Below the pieces are notes generated by a model. That model was not told where the DNA came from. It worked only from the letters and a program-made list of their open reading frames with translations, and did not search any database. Positions 59,337-64,000 of a stretch of 64,000 nucleotides of DNA are shown piece by piece (the stretch's first letter is position 1; the number at the start of each line of letters is the position of its first letter). The translations under genes and the position numbers were made by a program. The DNA lies in assembly GCF_009914755.1 (NCBI RefSeq), contig NC_060930.1; one strand, 5' to 3'. Origin of the DNA: the human T2T-CHM13v2.0 reference genome, Homo sapiens.

Positions 59337-60864
59337 CTTGATAAGTGCTTTTCTGGATTACAAATAAATCCCCTGTATGTAATAGTTACAATATAATAAA
59401 AAAAGTGAAGTAAATTGCTATGAAAATGTTTAATTTGCCAAAACGTAAACATCCCTCAATAAAAAAAGGAATCAAAGACATAGCTAGCTTTTTTCCAAAT
59501 AATAAATATTTTCTTGTGGCCTTAATCCCAGAGAAGGTAAATTTTAATTGATAAACTACATATGTACCTTACCACTAAATCAAAGATAAAGTGGATAATA
59601 ACTTCGAAACTCCATCAAATAATCTCAACTAGGTAACTAAAACAGAGTTAGAAAGCTTCCACTAAAAATATTCGAATATCTATCCTAAGAACCCGTTAGT
59701 AAAACTTAAATAGCCTGGAGATTCTGGATAATGGTCATAACCATAACTATAGAGGCCTATGAGTAAGGATCTTGGTTTTTGATATAATGAGTCTTACACT
59801 ATTTAAAATGTTATATGCACACACATGTGCATGACAAGAAGAAATCAAGCTACATGGTCACTGGTTTTTTATTTTTATTTTTTTCATTATAATGGCCACC
59901 TGTACTAGGAGAGAAAGTCCCTGAAAGCACAAATGTTTTAAATTTGAAGATAACCTATAAGATACCTCCAGTCATCAAATTCTGTCTTGGATCTAATTAT
60001 TCTAGGAGAAGTCATTCGCAATGTCTCTGAAGTCTGAGATGCTGAAGGGAGGTGGCACCGATAGCAAGCTCCCTGAGCTCGATTTAGAAAAAGCTGACAA
60101 TTATGTCTGTTACGTAAGGGGAAGATGGCCTGACTTCCTAGTCACCTGAACGCTCAGCTAACTGGCCAAATGGCAAAGAAGTATGAAGGTGGCAGCAAAG
60201 AGCATGGAGATCACTTAGGCGTCTTCAAGACAGACAAGTAGATCTAACACTATTGGTTAGGGTCTCCATTCTAAATCTAGAATCTATATCTAAATCTATA
60301 GTCACATAATGCATTTTTTTCCATGCTATCTCTTGTTATTTATGAAGGATACATGATGCAAGGGACACTCTGCAAGACCTTATATTTGAGAGTTTTAGGG
60401 ACCAGTGAGAAATTTCTATTCCTCATGAGGCTGTGAACTCCCTGAAGGCAGACTCTGTATCGGATTAGGCTCATATCCCTGTAGACTCCCCTTGCTACCC
60501 AACGCATTTTCAAACAGTAAATGCTCAATATACATTCACTGAAGAAAAAGATGAGTTTTTAATAGTACACATCTTGTAATAACTCACCAAGCAGTGGTTT
60601 TGCTAAAACAGACAACGGTTTTTTTAATTTTAATTTTTGGCAGAGAAACTCTGTTTCTGTAACTAGCACTTACTCACATAACTAGCATATAATATCAAAG
60701 CCTAGTTTAATATCCAACTGTTTCTTCCACAGATGATTTACCACAAATAACACTACCATAATAAGGTCTCCCAAAAAAGTGTTAAGTAAATAATGTTTGA
60801 TGTAGCTTTAGTTAGAGGTCTCTAACAGAAAACACAAAAGTATTTTATTTCTTTTCTCAAATAT

Positions 60865-60987
60865 TGGGTGACCGTGTAACTTATCTTCCATACAGGGATA
60901 CTTTAAGAGTAACATCATGAAGATGAAGATGATGAATGATACTGCCACCAGGATAACATGCATGAACCTAAACATTTAGTCACCCTA
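60865..60987 (+). mobile_element. MER94-like hAT MITE
   Basis: TIRs GGGTGAC...GTCACCC, ~120 bp. Confidence 0.6.
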
Positions 60988-61143
60988 CCTAAGGAGAACA
61001 ATTATAGTAAGAACTAGCTATTCATATTACGATTTTTGTGGTTCTTATTCAGAAGTAAAGTACAGTGTCAGTTTGCACATAAACAAAGGTTAGATCCTAG
61101 AGGTTATTTCCTATGACACATCCTCAGGGGAACAAACGTCCTA

Positions 61144-61299
<156 letters not shown>

Positions 61300-62399
61300 C
61301 TAGAGAGAGACAAAAATGAATTTTAGCAAATAATTAGTCCAGCCTGATTAGATGAAAAAGAGTCAACATTCCATTATTTCTGAACACTAGGTGGACTTTT
61401 TGAGGCAAATTTGAAAAGAATGGGCTATCTGACACATGACACACAGCAAACATGGGGAATATTTTCCTCCAACATCAACTGAGGTACACCTAAGAAATGT
61501 GAATTATGTCATATATAATGCACTACAAAAATAAGAACATTTGCTCTACCAATGGCTGTTGGGATTTTTGAACCACTGTTATATTCTATAGCAGAAGGTC
61601 CTACATAAAACAAGCAATCAATAAATACTTGATGAAGAAATTAGCAAGCATAATGAAAAATGAAAGATGCTTAAACACTTAATTTTCTGAATCACCCCAA
61701 TATATGAATGAACATTTTAAATGGTGTGCTTTTCAAATTCACTTAATATAGTAAAACCTTGAGTATTCAGAACCCTTGGGAAATTGGCTGTTCTTGACAA
61801 ATAATTTTTGTAAAACCTAGTAATTTATTCTTTTAAACACTCAAACATTTTTGTTTTGCAATTAATTAGGTATATTTCAATTAATTCATAAATGCAATGC
61901 AATTTCAATTAAAAGTCCAACAAGATTTTAAAAATTAATTTCCATATGTATTATATATATATTTAAATTCCATGTAAAATTTATATAAGGCCAAGAATGG
62001 CCAGGACGCTCCTGAAGAATACCAACAATGATAGGGGAGCTCACCCTACCAGACATCAAATTGATGCAGGCCCAGACAGATCAATAAAACAAATGCCTCA
62101 GAAACAGACCCAAGCACATTAGATATTTAACACACGATAGATGCGATGTAGCAACTGCTAACAGAAAAGGAAGGATCATTCGGTAAGTGACACCGGTGTA
62201 ATTAGATATCCATAGGAGAAAACAGTAGGTCCTTATCTCATGCCATAACCAAAAAAACTCTAAGCAAATTAACAATAAGTGAAAAGCAAAATTTTAAAAT
62301 TTTTATAAGCAAATATCTATGACTTCCATGGTAGGGAAGAATTTCCTAAAGATGTAAAAGCAGAGCTATATAAGAAAAGACAGACAGACAGACACACAC

Positions 62400-62704
62400 A
62401 CATATATGTATATATGTATGTATATACATCTTTCTAAAATATATGTATCTATGTATGTCTTTTCTTATATAGCTTTGCTTTGGGGACAAAATATATATAT
62501 ATGTGTGTGTATATATATGTGTGTATATATATGTGTGTATATATATGTATATATATACATGTGTATATATGTGTGTATATATATGTATATATATACATGT
62601 GTATATGTATATGTGTGTATATATGTGTGTATATATATGTGTATATATGTGTGCATATATGTGTGTGTGTGTATATATATATGTATATATACATATATAT
62701 ATAT
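62400..62704. repeat. Complex (TA)n/(TG)n microsatellite
   Basis: Direct reading. Confidence 0.95.
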
Positions 62705-62716
62705 TTTTTTGATCTT

Positions 62717-62850
62717 GGCTGGGAACAGTGGCTCATGCCTGTAATTCCAGTGCTTTGGGAAGCCAAAACAGGTGGACTGCCAGAGGCCAGGAGTTCAAGA
62801 TCAGCCTGGGCAACAGAGCAAGACGCCCTCCTCAACAACAATAACAACAA
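62717..62850 (+). mobile_element. FLAM-type Alu monomer
   Basis: Single arm with (CAA)n tail. Confidence 0.8.
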
Positions 62851-63573
62851 AAACTACTGTACTTTATTAAAATTTTTAATTTCTGTATAATAAAACATTA
62901 TAAATGTTTGTAAGTCACAGACTAAGAGAAAGTATTTGAAATTTATAGTGTTCAGAATACAGATGAAATTCCTGTACATCAATAATCATAAGATAAATAG
63001 CTAATAGAATATATAAGGCAACTCACATAAGAGAAATCCAAATAAACCATAATATAAACTATGCTCCACCACAGTACAAAGTAGGAATATGCAAATTAGA
63101 ACATTACATATAATTTCATACACATGAAATGAACAATTAAAAAAAAAACCTAACAGAACCTGATATTGGAGGATATCTGCAGCTATAGGAACTTTCAGAT
63201 ACTGCTAGTGAGAGAGGAAATCTGTACAAGCATTTGTAGCATAATTTGGCAATATACAGTAGAGCTGAAGCTGTGTAAAACCTCATGACCCTCTAGGTCT
63301 CTAAGAACATATCCTAGAGCACAGCGTACATACATACTTACACGGGCGATAGGTATAAAAATGTTCATTATGGTATTATGTGTAATGTCAAGAAATGAAA
63401 AAAATAATAAAAATCAACATGTGAACGAAAAAATAAACTGTGATAATTCTGATAATGGAATACGAGATTGAATCCCAAAATGGAATAAAAAATAATCAAG
63501 TCACAGAAAATTTGTACAGTATAATGCTATTTGTATAAAATCTTGAAAAGACTACTCCTATCATTTACTCTGA

Positions 63574-63604
<31 letters not shown>

Positions 63605-63608
63605 TGTG
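63574..63608. repeat. (TG)n microsatellite
   Basis: Direct reading. Confidence 0.9.
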
Positions 63609-64000
63609 GTGTATTTATCTGCAATGTAAGGATAAAATATGTATGGAAATAATGATGACGAAAGTTTAAGATAGTACAACTCATAGAAGGGAAAGAAAGG
63701 GGATAGAAGAGGGCTCCAAACATATCAACAATATTTTATTTCTTTAAAAAAGATATAAAAATATGGCAATATATTAAAATTGAACAGAGCTGAGTGGTGG
63801 GTAAAAAAATTTAGGGATGCTTATCTTTCTAAAATGTATCTTGCCTCTCTGTGTTCTTAAGAGCTCAAAGGACATTCTAACCCTCTTCTGAATGATTCAG
63901 GGGCAACATTACAAACACCAATGATTACTGGAATAATCCTGGGGCTAGGTAGGCAGGCAGGGGGCCCCACTGCTCAACAGTAAAAGACACAGTGCTTTCT

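Larger units (their letters stand above)
61900..63800 (+). mobile_element. Old L1M 3' fragment interrupted by microsatellites and an Alu monomer
   Basis: A-rich L1 ORF2/3' UTR-like motifs (CTCACCCTACCAGACATCAA, AATTTGGCAATAT, AATGGAATAC). Confidence 0.7.

Noticed and set aside
62406-62890. Tyr/Ile/Cys/Val-rich ORFs
   Set aside because: Translations of a (TA/TG)n microsatellite

Overview
Human (primate) genomic DNA, recognisable as the 6q25 TIAM2 / TFB1M / CLDN20 locus. The + strand carries the last 12 coding exons of TIAM2 (DH-PH Rac GEF module and C-terminal tail, 16551-33142). Splicing from the internal ATG at 16608 gives exactly 1881 nt, i.e. 626 aa + stop, matching the short isoform TIAM2S. 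The - strand carries the last three coding exons of TFB1M (61299-33857), arranged tail-to-tail with TIAM2 and sharing 3' UTR sequence. CLDN20 (+, single coding exon 51741-52400, probable non-coding first exon ending at 40309) is nested antisense inside the ~25 kb TFB1M intron. The rest is repeat-rich intron: about 20 Alus, THE1, MLT2A and ERV1 LTRs, a 5'-truncated SVA with TSDs, DNA transposon relics, L1/L2/MIR and tandem repeats. I see no wholly new gene system. The most interesting signals are: regularly spaced UAAGUUAU elements in the shared 3' UTR, two of them inside a repeated 17-mer that also carries a poly(A) hexamer on the other strand; poly(A)-site-dependent sense/antisense overlap; a 29-aa cassette exon in the DH-PH linker; an Arg-to-Cys allele at the start of the DH domain; and a young SVA inside the CLDN20 intron. 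Repeat subfamily names and variant identities are from recall and were not checked by search.
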